Shown here piece after piece: positions 18,747 to 29,043 of a DNA stretch of 64,000 nt. The position numbers and the translations under genes were made by a program. Source of the DNA: an uncultured Chloroflexia bacterium (lineage in GTDB: Bacteria > Chloroflexota > Limnocylindria > QHBO01); the NCBI GenBank assembly GCA_963814375.1, contig CAWFCQ010000004.1:388089-452088 (forward strand), written 5' to 3'. The number at the start of each line of letters is the position of its first letter. The stretch's first letter is position 1. The notes below the pieces were generated by a model, which saw nothing but the letters and a program-made list of their open reading frames with translations, was not told where the DNA came from and did no database searches.

Positions 18747-20369
18747 CTACGGGGAGGCTGACGGGCTGGGCGGCGCCGAAGCTGCCGCCGGAGGCGGCGC
18801 GTCGGAGGTCGTTGGGCTTGGGTCCTCGTCCTCGCGCGGCGGGCCGAGGGCGGCCTCGGTAAAGGTGGCCCGGGCATTCCAGATCATCCACCCCGCGGCG
18901 GCGTTGTCGACCAGGGCCTGCATCTCGGCCGCGATGTCATCGGCGGTGTAGGCCCGGAAGGACCCGTAGCCGAAGTCCTGGATCCACGGACGGATGGCGA
19001 CCGGCAGCCCGGCCCGCTGCTCGTTCATGATCTCGAGCGTCTTGTCGATGACGTCGTACGGCGCCTCGTTCGGGACCGGATGTCCGAAGACGCCGGGACC
19101 GTAGTGCGACGGGTAGACCATCGGGTTGAAGTAGTCGACGTACGGCATGATCACCTCCGGCCGCTGCCCGATGCCCTGGTCGTCGGGAACGATGAAGCTG
19201 ATCGGGAAGACGTCGGCGCCGAGGAAGGTCCGCGTCGCGTCCAGCTCGGTGCTCACGACGCGCAGGACTCGCTGGATGGCCGGCAGCCGGAACGACTGGG
19301 TGTTCGGCAGGTTCGTCTCGGCCACGTCGTAAGGCCCGTCGCTGAAGAAGCGGATGTAGTCGAGCTGCACCTCGTCGAAGCCCTTCGCGGCCAGGTCCCC
19401 CGCGATCGAGGCGACGTACTCGGCCACACCCGGCGCCGAAGGATCGAGCCATGCCCCGCCGATGTTGTCGCGCCACGGCTCCCCCGTCGCGCTGTTGCGC
19501 ACGGCAAGCTCGGGGCGCGCCGCCGCCGAGGTGTTGTCCTTCATGACGACCATCCGCGCGATGGTGTAGATGCCGCGCTCCTTCAGCATCGGCAGGATCT
19601 CTTCGAGATCGAAGACCGGCGTCTCGCGGATGGCGCCGACCGCGGCCGCCGTCCGCAGGTCGGTGGCGTAGTACAGCCGGCCGTCGGTCTCCTTGACGTC
19701 GATGACCATGGCGTTGACTTCGGTCCGATCGATGAGGGCCAGCATCTCCTCCAACCGGCCGGGCGCCTCGAAGATTGCCGCGGGCGCGTACAGCGCGCGC
19801 GCCTCGAATGGCTGGAGCGCGACGTCGATCGTCAGGTTGGCGGCCGTCGCGGCCTCGTGCAGGCGGAACCCCGGCATCTTGAACACGAGCGTCCCTTCTG
19901 GCGGCACGCCCGGCAGCCGATAGGTGCCGGTGGCGTCGGTCTCGGCCAGCGTGCCGTCGCCACCGTCCACGAAGACGCGCACTCCGGCCAGCGGCTCCCC
20001 CGCCGCATCCGTGACCACCCCGTGGGCGACGTTGTCGCGCAGCTCGAGGCGGAGCGAGCCCTCGTCGGGGACGGTGCCCTCGGCCGGATCGTGTCCCTCC
20101 AGCTCGGCATCGACCGGTGCGCCGGTGAGCAGCAGGAGGGTGGCGCGGCCTTCTGCGTCGGTCACGGCACTCGCTCCATCGGCGGAGACGGTCACGCCCG
20201 GGAGCGGCTCGTCAGTCTGGGAGAGCACAGTCTCGACCACGACCTCGCGCGGCTGCTCGGGCGTCGGCTCAGGTGTGGGAACGAAGGGGAGCTGCGGCCC
20301 CCCGCCGCAGGCGGCCAGTACGACGATGAGGGCCAGCAGGACCGGCGGAAGGCGTAGACGCGAGGGCAG
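18747..20369 (-). CDS. Lipoprotein: carboxypeptidase-regulatory-like repeats plus putative glycoside hydrolase (DUF4015-like); apparent CTG start
   Basis: In-frame upstream extension gives signal peptide with lipobox LAAC; NAMVIDVK, GFDEVQLDYIRF, PMVYPSHY, RPWIQDF, W..WN motifs. Confidence 0.8.
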   Translation of the reverse strand: MPSRLRLPPVLLALIVVLAACGGGPQLPFVPTPEPTPEQPREVVVETVLSQTDEPLPGVTVSADGASAVTDAEGRATLLLLTGAPVDAELEGHDPAEGTVPDEGSLRLELRDNVAHGVVTDAAGEPLAGVRVFVDGGDGTLAETDATGTYRLPGVPPEGTLVFKMPGFRLHEAATAANLTIDVALQPFEARALYAPAAIFEAPGRLEEMLALIDRTEVNAMVIDVKETDGRLYYATDLRTAAAVGAIRETPVFDLEEILPMLKERGIYTIARMVVMKDNTSAAARPELAVRNSATGEPWRDNIGGAWLDPSAPGVAEYVASIAGDLAAKGFDEVQLDYIRFFSDGPYDVAETNLPNTQSFRLPAIQRVLRVVSTELDATRTFLGADVFPISFIVPDDQGIGQRPEVIMPYVDYFNPMVYPSHYGPGVFGHPVPNEAPYDVIDKTLEIMNEQRAGLPVAIRPWIQDFGYGSFRAYTADDIAAEMQALVDNAAAGWMIWNARATFTEAALGPPREDEDPSPTTSDAPPPAAASAPPSPSASP

Positions 20370-20372
20370 TGC

Positions 20373-21071
20373 TCAGGTCCTTTCGGCGGCGCGCGCGGGA
20401 TCGGCGGCGGTGACTGCGGCGGCGCGCAGGGCGACGACCGTGGGTCCCAGATCGCCGTCGGTACTGTACAGGGCGCTGCCGACCACGAGCACCTCTCCGC
20501 CCGCGTCATGCGCCTGGCCGATCGACTCGAGGTTCAACCCACCGTCGACGCCGATCGGGAGGTCGAGCCCACGCCGATCGATCTCGGCGCGGAGGGCCCG
20601 GAGCTTGGGAAGAATGTCGGCGATGAACGCCTGGCCGCCCCAGCCGGGGTGGACCGTCATGACCAGCAGCAGGTCGACGCGCTCGAGCCAGGGAAGGGCC
20701 GCATCCGCCGGTGTCTCGGGGTTGATCGCGATGCCGGGCCGCTTCCCGGCACGCTCGATCGCCTCGATCACCGCGGCCGGGTCGTCATCGGCCTCGAGAT
20801 GGAACGCGATGAGGTCGCTGCCGGCCTCCGCGAAGCGCTCGGCGAAGGCCAGCGGGTTGCTGATCATGAGGTGGCTGTGGAAGGGAAGGTCAGTGGCTGG
20901 CCGCGCCGCTTCGACCACCACCGGTCCCATCGTCAGGTTGTCGACGAAGTGCCCGTCCATGACGTCGAGGTGAATGGAGTCGACGCCGGCCGCCGCCGCC
21001 CGTTCGACCTCCGCGCCCAGGCGCGAGAAGTCGGCGTTGAGGATGCTGGCGCTGATGTGCGGCTCGGTCAT
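20373..21071 (-). CDS. rpe: Ribulose-phosphate 3-epimerase
   Basis: SILNADF, HLDVMDGHFV.NLT.G, HLMI, MTV.PG.GGQ, VDGG. Confidence 0.97.
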   Translation of the reverse strand: MTEPHISASILNADFSRLGAEVERAAAAGVDSIHLDVMDGHFVDNLTMGPVVVEAARPATDLPFHSHLMISNPLAFAERFAEAGSDLIAFHLEADDDPAAVIEAIERAGKRPGIAINPETPADAALPWLERVDLLLVMTVHPGWGGQAFIADILPKLRALRAEIDRRGLDLPIGVDGGLNLESIGQAHDAGGEVLVVGSALYSTDGDLGPTVVALRAAAVTAADPARAAERT

Positions 21072-22201
21072 GCGCCTGCGACCGTCACCCGGCGCGCCTC
21101 ACGCAGCGACCGACCCGAGAGCTGGGCGTGAAGCTGCCCGCAGGCCGCTTCGATCTCGCGCCCTCGCGTGTCGCGCACGGTCACGCCGATGCCTCCGTCG
21201 CGCAGGATCCGGGCGAAGCGGTCGATTCCCTCACGCGGCGTGCCCGACCAACGCGACCCGGGCGTCGGGTTGAGCGGGATGAGGTTGACATGCGACCGCC
21301 AGCCGGCGGCAAGCTCGGCCAGGCCGGTGGCCTGCTCATCGGTGTCGTTCAGGCCGTCGATCATGACGTACTCGAGGCTGACCCGGCGCCGTGTGCGCGC
21401 TGCGAAGCGCCGTCCCGCGGCGATGACCTCGGCGACGGGCCACTTGCGGTTGATCGGCACGAGCTCGTCGCGAAGCGGGTCGGTTGCGGCATGCAGGCTG
21501 ATGGCGAGATTGACCTGGGGCAGCTCCTCGATCATGCGATCGATCCCCGGCACGACTCCCGACGTGCTGACCGTTATGTGACGGGCGCCGATGCCGAGCC
21601 GCGCCGGATCATTGAGCAGGCGCACCGCGTCGAAGACCCGGTCGGCGTTGTTGAGCGGCTCCCCCATCCCCATGAAGACGATGTTGTAGTGGCCGCTCGC
21701 CGCGTCGCCGAGCGCGCGCCAGGGTGGCCGATGCCAGTGCAGCACCTGGTCGACGATCTCGCCCGGCGTCAGCTGCCGCCCGAACCCGGCCTGTCCCGTG
21801 GCGCAGAACGGGCACGCCACGGCGCACCCGGCCTGCGAGCTGATGCAGATCGTCGTGCGTTCGCGAGAGGCGCCACGGGATGGATAGCGCATGAGGACCG
21901 ATTCGATCCGCTGGCCGTCCTCCAGCTCGTGCACCGCCTTGGCGGTGAGGCCCCCATCGGCGCCGATCACGTGGCTGTCGACGATCGTGCTGAAGCGGAA
22001 CCCGCTTGCTACCTCCTGGCGCAGCTCGAGCGGGAGGTCGGTCAGGTCCGCGAAGGCGTCGACGTCGGGCCGATGCGCGCCGGCCATGACCTGGCCCGCC
22101 CGATACGCGGGCTCGCCGCGGGCTTCGAGCCACGCGGCGAGCGTCGGAAGGTCGATCTCACTGATCGCCGGACGAGGTCCGGCGGCCACGGCGTCAGTCA
22201 C
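21068..22201 (-). CDS. rlmN: Dual-specificity RNA methyltransferase RlmN (radical SAM)
   Basis: CISSQAGCAVACPFCATG, FMGMGEP, SLHA, NLIP.N, AACGQL. Confidence 0.95.
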   Translation of the reverse strand: MTDAVAAGPRPAISEIDLPTLAAWLEARGEPAYRAGQVMAGAHRPDVDAFADLTDLPLELRQEVASGFRFSTIVDSHVIGADGGLTAKAVHELEDGQRIESVLMRYPSRGASRERTTICISSQAGCAVACPFCATGQAGFGRQLTPGEIVDQVLHWHRPPWRALGDAASGHYNIVFMGMGEPLNNADRVFDAVRLLNDPARLGIGARHITVSTSGVVPGIDRMIEELPQVNLAISLHAATDPLRDELVPINRKWPVAEVIAAGRRFAARTRRRVSLEYVMIDGLNDTDEQATGLAELAAGWRSHVNLIPLNPTPGSRWSGTPREGIDRFARILRDGGIGVTVRDTRGREIEAACGQLHAQLSGRSLREARRVTVAGA

Positions 22202-22922
22202 GCCGCCCGAAGATCAGGAAGACGTAGTACAGGAACGTCAGGAGCGCGGTCAGCGCGCCGGCGACGTAGGTCCAGGCGGCGGCCTTGAGAACCTGGCGCG
22301 CACCGTCCTGGCGCTCGCCGACCATGCCCGAGCTGTTGACGAAGGCCAGCGCCTTGCCCGACGCGCCGATCTCGACCGGCAGTGTCGCAAACGTGAAGAG
22401 CACCGCCAGGCCGAACCCGACGAGGCCGACGATGGCAAGGCCCGTGATGTTGAGGATCAGCCCGCCGATGACGAGCCACGGCGCGATGCTCGAGCCGAAC
22501 TGCGCGGCCGGCACGATCGCCTGCCGCAGCTTCATGGCCCCATCGCCCGAGGCGTCCTGCACGGCGTGGCCAACCTCGTGGGCGATCACCGCGGCCGCCG
22601 CCACGGACAGGCGCGGGGCGCTGGTTCGCACTCCGGACGTCGCAAGCGCCGAGGCGTCCGCGACCTGGGTGCTGACGCGCAGCACCTTGCCGCGCGGGTC
22701 GTAGTGGTCGGTCAGCTGGCCCGGGGTGGGCTCGATGCGGACCGCCTGAAGGCCCTGCCGATCGAGCAGCTGGCGCGCGAAGTCGAACGCGTCCACGCTG
22801 ATGCCAGAGTCGACCTTGGACCACTTTCCGTAGGTTGACTTGACGCGCCACATCGCCCAGCCGGTGATGGCAATGGTCGGCAGCAGCACGACGAAGATGT
22901 AGATGGGATCGAAGATGAACAT
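22194..22922 (-). CDS. Membrane zinc metallopeptidase (YugP/Zn_peptidase_2 family)
   Basis: G.LTDHYDP, AHEVGHA.Q, TLPVE..AS, VL.AAAWTYVA. Confidence 0.9.
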   Translation of the reverse strand: MFIFDPIYIFVVLLPTIAITGWAMWRVKSTYGKWSKVDSGISVDAFDFARQLLDRQGLQAVRIEPTPGQLTDHYDPRGKVLRVSTQVADASALATSGVRTSAPRLSVAAAAVIAHEVGHAVQDASGDGAMKLRQAIVPAAQFGSSIAPWLVIGGLILNITGLAIVGLVGFGLAVLFTFATLPVEIGASGKALAFVNSSGMVGERQDGARQVLKAAAWTYVAGALTALLTFLYYVFLIFGRRD

Positions 22923-23055
22923 GGGGTTCGTTACCTCACCTCCGCGAGGGTGGCCGGAGTATATCCGAATCGGCCTGTCGCCTCTTCAGCAGGACCTGGG
23001 CCGGGCCGCGGCACGGCTCGTGCGTATACCGCTGAGGTACACGCTGGAGAAGACG

Positions 23056-23601
23056 ATGAAATACTTCGATCGAACATCGGATGTGCGGCAGGCGGCCGCC
23101 GGAGAAAGCCGCGGTCCGTCGTGGCTGGGTGCCTCGGTGATCGGCATCGGCGCCGGCCTCGCCGGTGCGCTTGCCGCGTACCTGGCAGATCCCGCTCAGG
23201 GACGTGGCCGGCGCGCCCGCATCGGCGACCAGGCCGCGGCGACGATTCGCCGAGCGGGAAAGACCGCCGAGCACTCTGCCCGTGGCATCGGCGCCATCGT
23301 GAGCGGGAAGCTCGAGGCGTTGACCGAGGGCGGCACGCGGGTCGGACCGATCGACGACGTGACCCTTCGTGACCGCGCCGAGACCACGCTCTTCCGCGAC
23401 GCAGCCGTCCCGAAGGGGATGATCAACCTGAGTGTCGAGCGCGGGACGCTCGTGCTTCGCGGCGAGGTGCCGGATCACCAGATGAGAGAACGTCTCGAGA
23501 AGCAGGCCGAGAAGATCGACGGGCTGTGGGGCGTTCGCAACCTGCTCCACCTTCCCGGAGAGCCAGCGCCGACGGAAGTCGAGGCCGTAGCGACCTCCTA
23601 G
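23056..23601 (+). CDS. BON-domain membrane protein
   Basis: TM segment, DP.QGR.RRA, DD.TL.DR, I..SVE.G...LRGEV, G...V.NLLHLPG; GGAG RBS. Confidence 0.82.
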   Translation: MKYFDRTSDVRQAAAGESRGPSWLGASVIGIGAGLAGALAAYLADPAQGRGRRARIGDQAAATIRRAGKTAEHSARGIGAIVSGKLEALTEGGTRVGPIDDVTLRDRAETTLFRDAAVPKGMINLSVERGTLVLRGEVPDHQMRERLEKQAEKIDGLWGVRNLLHLPGEPAPTEVEAVATS

Positions 23602-24554
23602 CGCGGCACTTCCTCGGGCCGGCCTCCTCCGACGATGACGTGCTCCCGTGGGAGCCCGCGGCGCCACGCCTCGGCAGGCATCGCCGAGCGGCCCTCAGGC
23701 TGGACGATCTCGAGCGCGAGCGCCCCTGCCCCGCACGCGACGCACGGAATCTCGCCCGGCAGGAGAGCGCCGATCGGCACGTCGTCGATCCCCGCGAGCG
23801 GGTGGGCACGCCGAACGTGCAGCCGGCGGCCGTCGACAGTGGTCCAGGCGCCGGGCCACGGCTGAAGCGCCCGCACCTGGCGGTCGATCTCCACGGCGGG
23901 CCGTCGCCAGTCGATCCACCCGTCGGCCCGGGTGAATGGATGGATGTGGGTGGCGCCCTTCTCGTCCTGCGGCGCACCGGTCAGCTCGCCGGCCGCCCAT
24001 CGGCTCAGCTCCGGCGGCACCACCTCGACGGCAAGGTCCGCCAGCTGCGCCTCGAGCTCCGGTGTCGTCTCGCGCCCCGTGAGCGGAACCGGCCAGCGCT
24101 TGAGGATCGGGCCGGCGTCGAGCTCGGCCGTCATCTCCATGAGGGTGACGCCGCCCTCCGCGTCCCCGGCCAGGATGGTGCCCGCAACCGGCGCGGCGCC
24201 GCGATGGCGGGGCAGGAGCGACGGGTGGACGTTGAGCGGTGCGCGGCTCCCGAGCGCCAGGAGGTCGTCCGGGATGAGCTGCCCGTACGCGACGAGGATT
24301 AGGCCATCGGGTCGAAAGTCGGCAATCGCGGCGCGCGCGTCGGTGGAACGGACGCGGACCGGCGTCAGCACGCGCAGGCCCCGCTCTCGGGCGCGCATGG
24401 CGATCGGCGTGGCCCGCATCTGGAGCCGCCGACCGGCCGGCCGGTCGGGTTGGCTGACGACGAGGAGCTCATCCGCCATCTCCGCGATGCGACCGAGCAG
24501 CGGGACGCCGAAGGCCCCGGTCCCGAGGAAGGCGATCCGTCCGAGCCGACCCAC
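23598..24554 (-). CDS. fmt: Methionyl-tRNA formyltransferase
   Basis: FLGT..F, QPDRPAGR, VAYGQ, NVHPSLLPRHRGAAP, LDAGP. Confidence 0.96.
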   Translation of the reverse strand: MGRLGRIAFLGTGAFGVPLLGRIAEMADELLVVSQPDRPAGRRLQMRATPIAMRARERGLRVLTPVRVRSTDARAAIADFRPDGLILVAYGQLIPDDLLALGSRAPLNVHPSLLPRHRGAAPVAGTILAGDAEGGVTLMEMTAELDAGPILKRWPVPLTGRETTPELEAQLADLAVEVVPPELSRWAAGELTGAPQDEKGATHIHPFTRADGWIDWRRPAVEIDRQVRALQPWPGAWTTVDGRRLHVRRAHPLAGIDDVPIGALLPGEIPCVACGAGALALEIVQPEGRSAMPAEAWRRGLPREHVIVGGGRPEEVPR

Positions 24555-25063
24555 TAGATCCCGGCAGCCGTCTCTTCGGTGACCTCGTCATGGGCCTCGC
24601 TCACGCGAACCATCTCGTCCTCCAGCGAGTCGAGGTAGTCGACGTACAGGTGCCCGTTGAGATGGTCGATCTCGTGCTGGAGCGCGCGCGAAAAGAGCTC
24701 CTCGCCCTTCACGCGAAACTCGCGGCCGTGCCGATCCCGCGCCTTGACGGTGACCTTCGCCTGCCGCCCCACCTCCGCCACGTAGCCGGGGATCGAGAGG
24801 CACCCCTCCCAGTCCACCTGCTCGCCCGAGCCCTTGACGATCTGCGGGTTGACGAGCTCGGTGATGCGTCCCTCGATCTCGATCACGGCGACCTGGAGTG
24901 GCACGCCGATCTGGTTCGCGGCGAGCCCGATGCCCGGAGCGTCGCGCATCGTCACGAGCATGTCGTCGAGCAGCCGATGCAGGCTCGCATCGAAGGTCGA
25001 GACACGCTTGGCGCGCTCGCGCAGGATCGGCTGTGCAGCCGTCAGGATGGGCCGGATCGACAT
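24554..25063 (-). CDS. def: Peptide deformylase
   Basis: GIGLAANQIG, EGCLS.PG, QHEIDHL.G. Confidence 0.97.
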   Translation of the reverse strand: MSIRPILTAAQPILRERAKRVSTFDASLHRLLDDMLVTMRDAPGIGLAANQIGVPLQVAVIEIEGRITELVNPQIVKGSGEQVDWEGCLSIPGYVAEVGRQAKVTVKARDRHGREFRVKGEELFSRALQHEIDHLNGHLYVDYLDSLEDEMVRVSEAHDEVTEETAAGI

Positions 25064-25083
25064 GGCGCTCGGCATTGTACCGA

Positions 25084-27435
25084 TCAGAGCAGCGACTCGG
25101 GATCGACGTCGATGGCGACCCCGGATGGCACGTTTTCCAGCGCTTCGGCACGCGCGGCCGCGTCCGGCGCGCGAATGACGACCTGGAACCGATAGCGTCC
25201 GGCCCGCCGCGGCACGTACGCCGGCAGCGGCCCGAGAACCTCCACGCCCGTCGCGGCCAGCGAGTCCGCGGCGCGGCGGCCGCGCTCCTCCGCGCGGCCG
25301 CGATCCGCATCGGCGACCAGCAGGCGGGCCATGACGCTGAACGGCGGATAGCCCAGCAACCGCCGGCGGAGGAGCTCCTCGTCCGCGAAGCCATCGACAT
25401 CGAGCGCGGCTGCGGCCCTTACCGCGTAGTGGCCGGGAGCGTAGCTCTGGATCAGGACGCGACCCGGCATCGGCCCGCGCCCGGCGCGACCAGCGACCTG
25501 CGCGAGCAGCTGGAAGGTGCGCTCGGGGGCCCGATAGTCGGGCAGGTTGAGCGTGACGTCTGCCGCCACCACCGAGGCCAGCGTGACCGACGCCAGGTCG
25601 AGCCCCTTCGCGGCGAGCTGGGTGCCCACCAGCACATCGATCCGACCCTCGCGGAACTCGTCATACACCGACTCGAACCCGCGTCGCGCCGCGATCGCGT
25701 CGGTGTCGAGGCGGCCGACCCGCAGCCTCGGGAACCGCGTGCGCAGCTCGGCCTCGACGCGTTGCGTCCCCGCGCCGAAGTATCGGATGCGAGCACTGCC
25801 ACAGGCGGGGCAGCGCTCGGTGGGTACCGACGCCCGCCCGCAGTGATGACAGCGGAGCCTGCCTCCGTCCAGGTGATAGACGAACGGCAGCTCGCAGTCC
25901 GGGCAGCGCAGGCTCTCGCCGCAGTCGCGGCACAGGATGAAGGTCGCCGCCCCCCTCCGATTGATGAGCAGGACCGCCTGCTCGCTCCCCGCTCTCAGCG
26001 AGCCGAGCGCCTCCGCCAGCGGCCGCGAGAAGATGGACCGATTGCCCTCCGCCAGCTCCGCGCGCAGGTCGACGATCTCGATCTCAGGGATGCCCCCAAC
26101 ACGCCGCTCGGTGAGCCTGGCTCGCTCCGCATGACCGCCGCGGACGCGGGCGACCGTCACCAGGTCGGGCGTCGCGCTTCCCAGCACCAGCCGCGCCCCG
26201 GTCAGGGCCGCGCGACGACGCGCCACCCAGCGCGCCTCGTAGCGTGGGGTGCGATCCGACTTGTAGCCCCCGTCGTGCTCCTCGTCGATGACGATGAGGG
26301 ACGGCCGCATTGGAGCGAAGACGGCCGTCCGCGTCCCCACCACCACCCGCGCCTCGCCCCGCACGACGCGCGACCACTCGTCATGGCGCTCCCCTGCCGA
26401 GAGGCCCGAATGCAGCACCGCGAGCTGATCGCCGACGATCGCGCGCACCCGGTCGCTCAGCTGCGGAACGAGGCTGACCTCCGGAACCAGCACGATCGCC
26501 GATCCGCCGTCGGCGAGCGCCTCCTGGATGGCGGCGAGGTAGACATCGGTCTTGCCCGACGCAGCCACGCCCTCGAGCAACAGCTCCTGCCCCGGCGCCA
26601 TCCGCGTGATGGCGTCGAGCGCAGCGACCTGCTCGGCCGCCAGGTCGTGGCGCATCGGCACCAGAGACGGCCGGTGTGCGAGCGGGTCGCGGTCGACCGT
26701 GCGCCAACCGAGCTCCACGCGGCCGAGGGTCTCGAGCCGCCGTGCAGGCGCAAGGAGCGTGGCGGGCTCGACGCCGAGCATCTCCGCGACCTCCGGCATG
26801 GTCCGCTCACCGCCCTCCAGCGCCTCCAGGATGGCGCGCTGGACCGGCGCGCGCCGCGGTGGCTCACCGTCGCCATCGAGCGCGCGGACGATGCGGACGC
26901 GACGGGCGGACACCTCCGGCGGACGCAGCGACCACTCGGCGCGCAGCGCGCCGCCGCGCCGCAGGCGCTCGAGCCATCCGGCGCGGCCGCCCCTCGGGGC
27001 GCGCCGCAGGAGCGCCGCATCGCTGATCTCGGCTCCGTCGCCGGCGAGGTCGGCCAGCTCGGGCGGCAGGCGGGCCGCGTCGACCACGAACCAGCGGCGC
27101 AGGAGCCGCGACTCGAGACCGGGTGGCAGCATCGCCGCCAGCGTCGTCCCGATCGGAGCTCGGTAGTAGACGGCGATCTCGGTCGCGAGGTCGAGCAGCT
27201 CGCCGGTGAGCATCGGCTCCGACACGACCGCCTCGACATCCTTCAGCTCTGCCCCGGGCTCCGGTTCACCATCGAGGAGGTAGCCGAGTGCCAGGCGCCG
27301 TCCGTATGGCACCAGCAGCAGCGAGCCCGGCGCGACGTCACCGAGGGCGGCGGGCAGGAGGTAGGTGAAGGTGCGCTCGGGTCGGTCGGCGACGGCCTCG
27401 ACCGCGACGCGCACCGGCCGGCCGCCGGCGGTCAC
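25084..27435 (-). CDS. priA: Primosomal protein N' (PriA helicase)
   Basis: GVAASGKT.VY, DEEH..YK, SATP, four CxxC pairs, GTQR.E, QVAGRAGR. Confidence 0.96.
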   Translation of the reverse strand: MTAGGRPVRVAVEAVADRPERTFTYLLPAALGDVAPGSLLLVPYGRRLALGYLLDGEPEPGAELKDVEAVVSEPMLTGELLDLATEIAVYYRAPIGTTLAAMLPPGLESRLLRRWFVVDAARLPPELADLAGDGAEISDAALLRRAPRGGRAGWLERLRRGGALRAEWSLRPPEVSARRVRIVRALDGDGEPPRRAPVQRAILEALEGGERTMPEVAEMLGVEPATLLAPARRLETLGRVELGWRTVDRDPLAHRPSLVPMRHDLAAEQVAALDAITRMAPGQELLLEGVAASGKTDVYLAAIQEALADGGSAIVLVPEVSLVPQLSDRVRAIVGDQLAVLHSGLSAGERHDEWSRVVRGEARVVVGTRTAVFAPMRPSLIVIDEEHDGGYKSDRTPRYEARWVARRRAALTGARLVLGSATPDLVTVARVRGGHAERARLTERRVGGIPEIEIVDLRAELAEGNRSIFSRPLAEALGSLRAGSEQAVLLINRRGAATFILCRDCGESLRCPDCELPFVYHLDGGRLRCHHCGRASVPTERCPACGSARIRYFGAGTQRVEAELRTRFPRLRVGRLDTDAIAARRGFESVYDEFREGRIDVLVGTQLAAKGLDLASVTLASVVAADVTLNLPDYRAPERTFQLLAQVAGRAGRGPMPGRVLIQSYAPGHYAVRAAAALDVDGFADEELLRRRLLGYPPFSVMARLLVADADRGRAEERGRRAADSLAATGVEVLGPLPAYVPRRAGRYRFQVVIRAPDAAARAEALENVPSGVAIDVDPESLL

Positions 27436-27445
27436 CTGGGGATCC

Positions 27446-28066
27446 TCAGACTCGCGGGCGGCGGGGAGGGTCGCGGCGGGCCTCGGCCTGGATGATCTCC
27501 CAGATGCGCTCGGCGGCCTGCTCGGGCCGCCCGGTCTCATTGACGACGACATGGTCGTAGTCGCCCGCCTCCGCCATCCAGCGCTCGGCGTCTCGCCGGC
27601 GTCGCGCGAGGCTCGCCTCCGACTCCGAGCCGCGTGCCTTCAGCCGCTCGGTCAGGTCCTCCATCGACGGCGGCATGACGAAGATGAGCAGCGCGTCCGG
27701 GACCTGCTGCCGCACGCTGCGCGCTCCCTCGGGGCTGATGGTGAGGATCGCGTCGCGGCCGGCGGCGAGGATGCCGCGCACCTGGTCGACGGGGGTCCCG
27801 TACCAGTGACCGTGGTTGTCGGCGTGCTCGAGCAACCCGTCGCGCTCGATGAGCTCCTTGAACTCGTCATCGCTGAGGAAGTGGTAGTGGACGCCGTCGA
27901 TCTCCCCGTTCCGCTGCTCGCGCGTCGTGGCAGTGACGATCGGGACGACCTGCGGCCGCCGGCGGGCCAGCTCGGCGACGATCGTGCTCTTTCCCACGCC
28001 CGACGGGCCGCTGACGACGACCAGCATCGGATTCGGGAACGTCATGCGCTTGCCCGATTCGGTCAT
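27446..28066 (-). CDS. gmk: Guanylate kinase
   Basis: SGPSGVGKST, TTR..R.GEIDGVHYHF, HG.WYGT. Confidence 0.95.
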   Translation of the reverse strand: MTESGKRMTFPNPMLVVVSGPSGVGKSTIVAELARRRPQVVPIVTATTREQRNGEIDGVHYHFLSDDEFKELIERDGLLEHADNHGHWYGTPVDQVRGILAAGRDAILTISPEGARSVRQQVPDALLIFVMPPSMEDLTERLKARGSESEASLARRRRDAERWMAEAGDYDHVVVNETGRPEQAAERIWEIIQAEARRDPPRRPRV

Positions 28067-29043
28067 GCAGCCTCCTCCCCCACCTCGGCGCCGACACCGC
28101 TTGGCAGGCGGTTCGCGGGCACACGCACGTCCGTGGCTTCGAGGCAGGCGACGAGATCGTCGGGCAGCTGGCTCCACGCTCGCAGCCGCGCGTCGTCGAG
28201 CGGGCGGATGAGACCCAGCCGCGACGCGTGGAGGAACTGGCGGCGCAGCCCGCCCGGGCCCTCGCCACCGCCGTACCGCACGTCGCCGGCGATCGGAAGC
28301 CCTAAGAAGGCGAGGTGCGCGCGGATCTGGTGCGTGCGGCCAGTCAGGGGCTTGAGCGCGAGCAGCGCGTACGTGGATCCCGCCGCGAGCTGCTCGTACT
28401 CGGTCACCGAGTCGCGCCCGCCCGACGTGACAGCCATTCGCTGCCGATCGCGCGGATCGCGCCCGATCGGCGCCTCGACGCGACCGCGTACCGCCGGAGG
28501 CGACCCTCGGACGAGCGCGAGGTACTCCTTCTCGATCGTGCGGTCGCCGAACTGGCGCATGAGAGAGGCCTGGGCCGCATCGGTCTTGGCGACGGCGATG
28601 AGGCCGCTCGTGTCCTTGTCGAGCCGATGCACGATGCCGGGTCGCCCGACGCCGGCGATCGAGCCAAGGGGCTCCCCGCGATCACGGGCACGACCCAGCA
28701 GGGCGTTGACGAGCGTCCCACTGCCGTGACCGGCGGAGGGGTGAACCACGAGGCCGGCCGGCTTGTCGACGATGATCATCGTCGCGTCTTCGTAGGCGAC
28801 GCTGAGCGGGATCGACTCCGGCTCGAGCGATGCGTCTTCAGGCGCCGACAGCTCGACGCTGATGCGCTCGCCACCGACGAGCCGATCGCTGGCGCGTCGC
28901 CGCCCCCCGTCGACCAGCGCGCGCCCGTCCCCGATGAGCCGCTGCGCGTGTGCCCGGCTGATGCCGCCGACCGAGGCGACCGCCAGATCGACGCGGCCGG
29001 CCGGTGCGTCGCCCTCGATCGTCCGCACCGGGCTCGATGTCAT
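28063..29043 (-). CDS. rluD: RluA/RluD family pseudouridine synthase
   Basis: S4 domain, KPAGLVVHP, GIVHRLDKDTSG, TGRTHQIR.H. Confidence 0.92.
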   Translation of the reverse strand: MTSSPVRTIEGDAPAGRVDLAVASVGGISRAHAQRLIGDGRALVDGGRRRASDRLVGGERISVELSAPEDASLEPESIPLSVAYEDATMIIVDKPAGLVVHPSAGHGSGTLVNALLGRARDRGEPLGSIAGVGRPGIVHRLDKDTSGLIAVAKTDAAQASLMRQFGDRTIEKEYLALVRGSPPAVRGRVEAPIGRDPRDRQRMAVTSGGRDSVTEYEQLAAGSTYALLALKPLTGRTHQIRAHLAFLGLPIAGDVRYGGGEGPGGLRRQFLHASRLGLIRPLDDARLRAWSQLPDDLVACLEATDVRVPANRLPSGVGAEVGEEAA

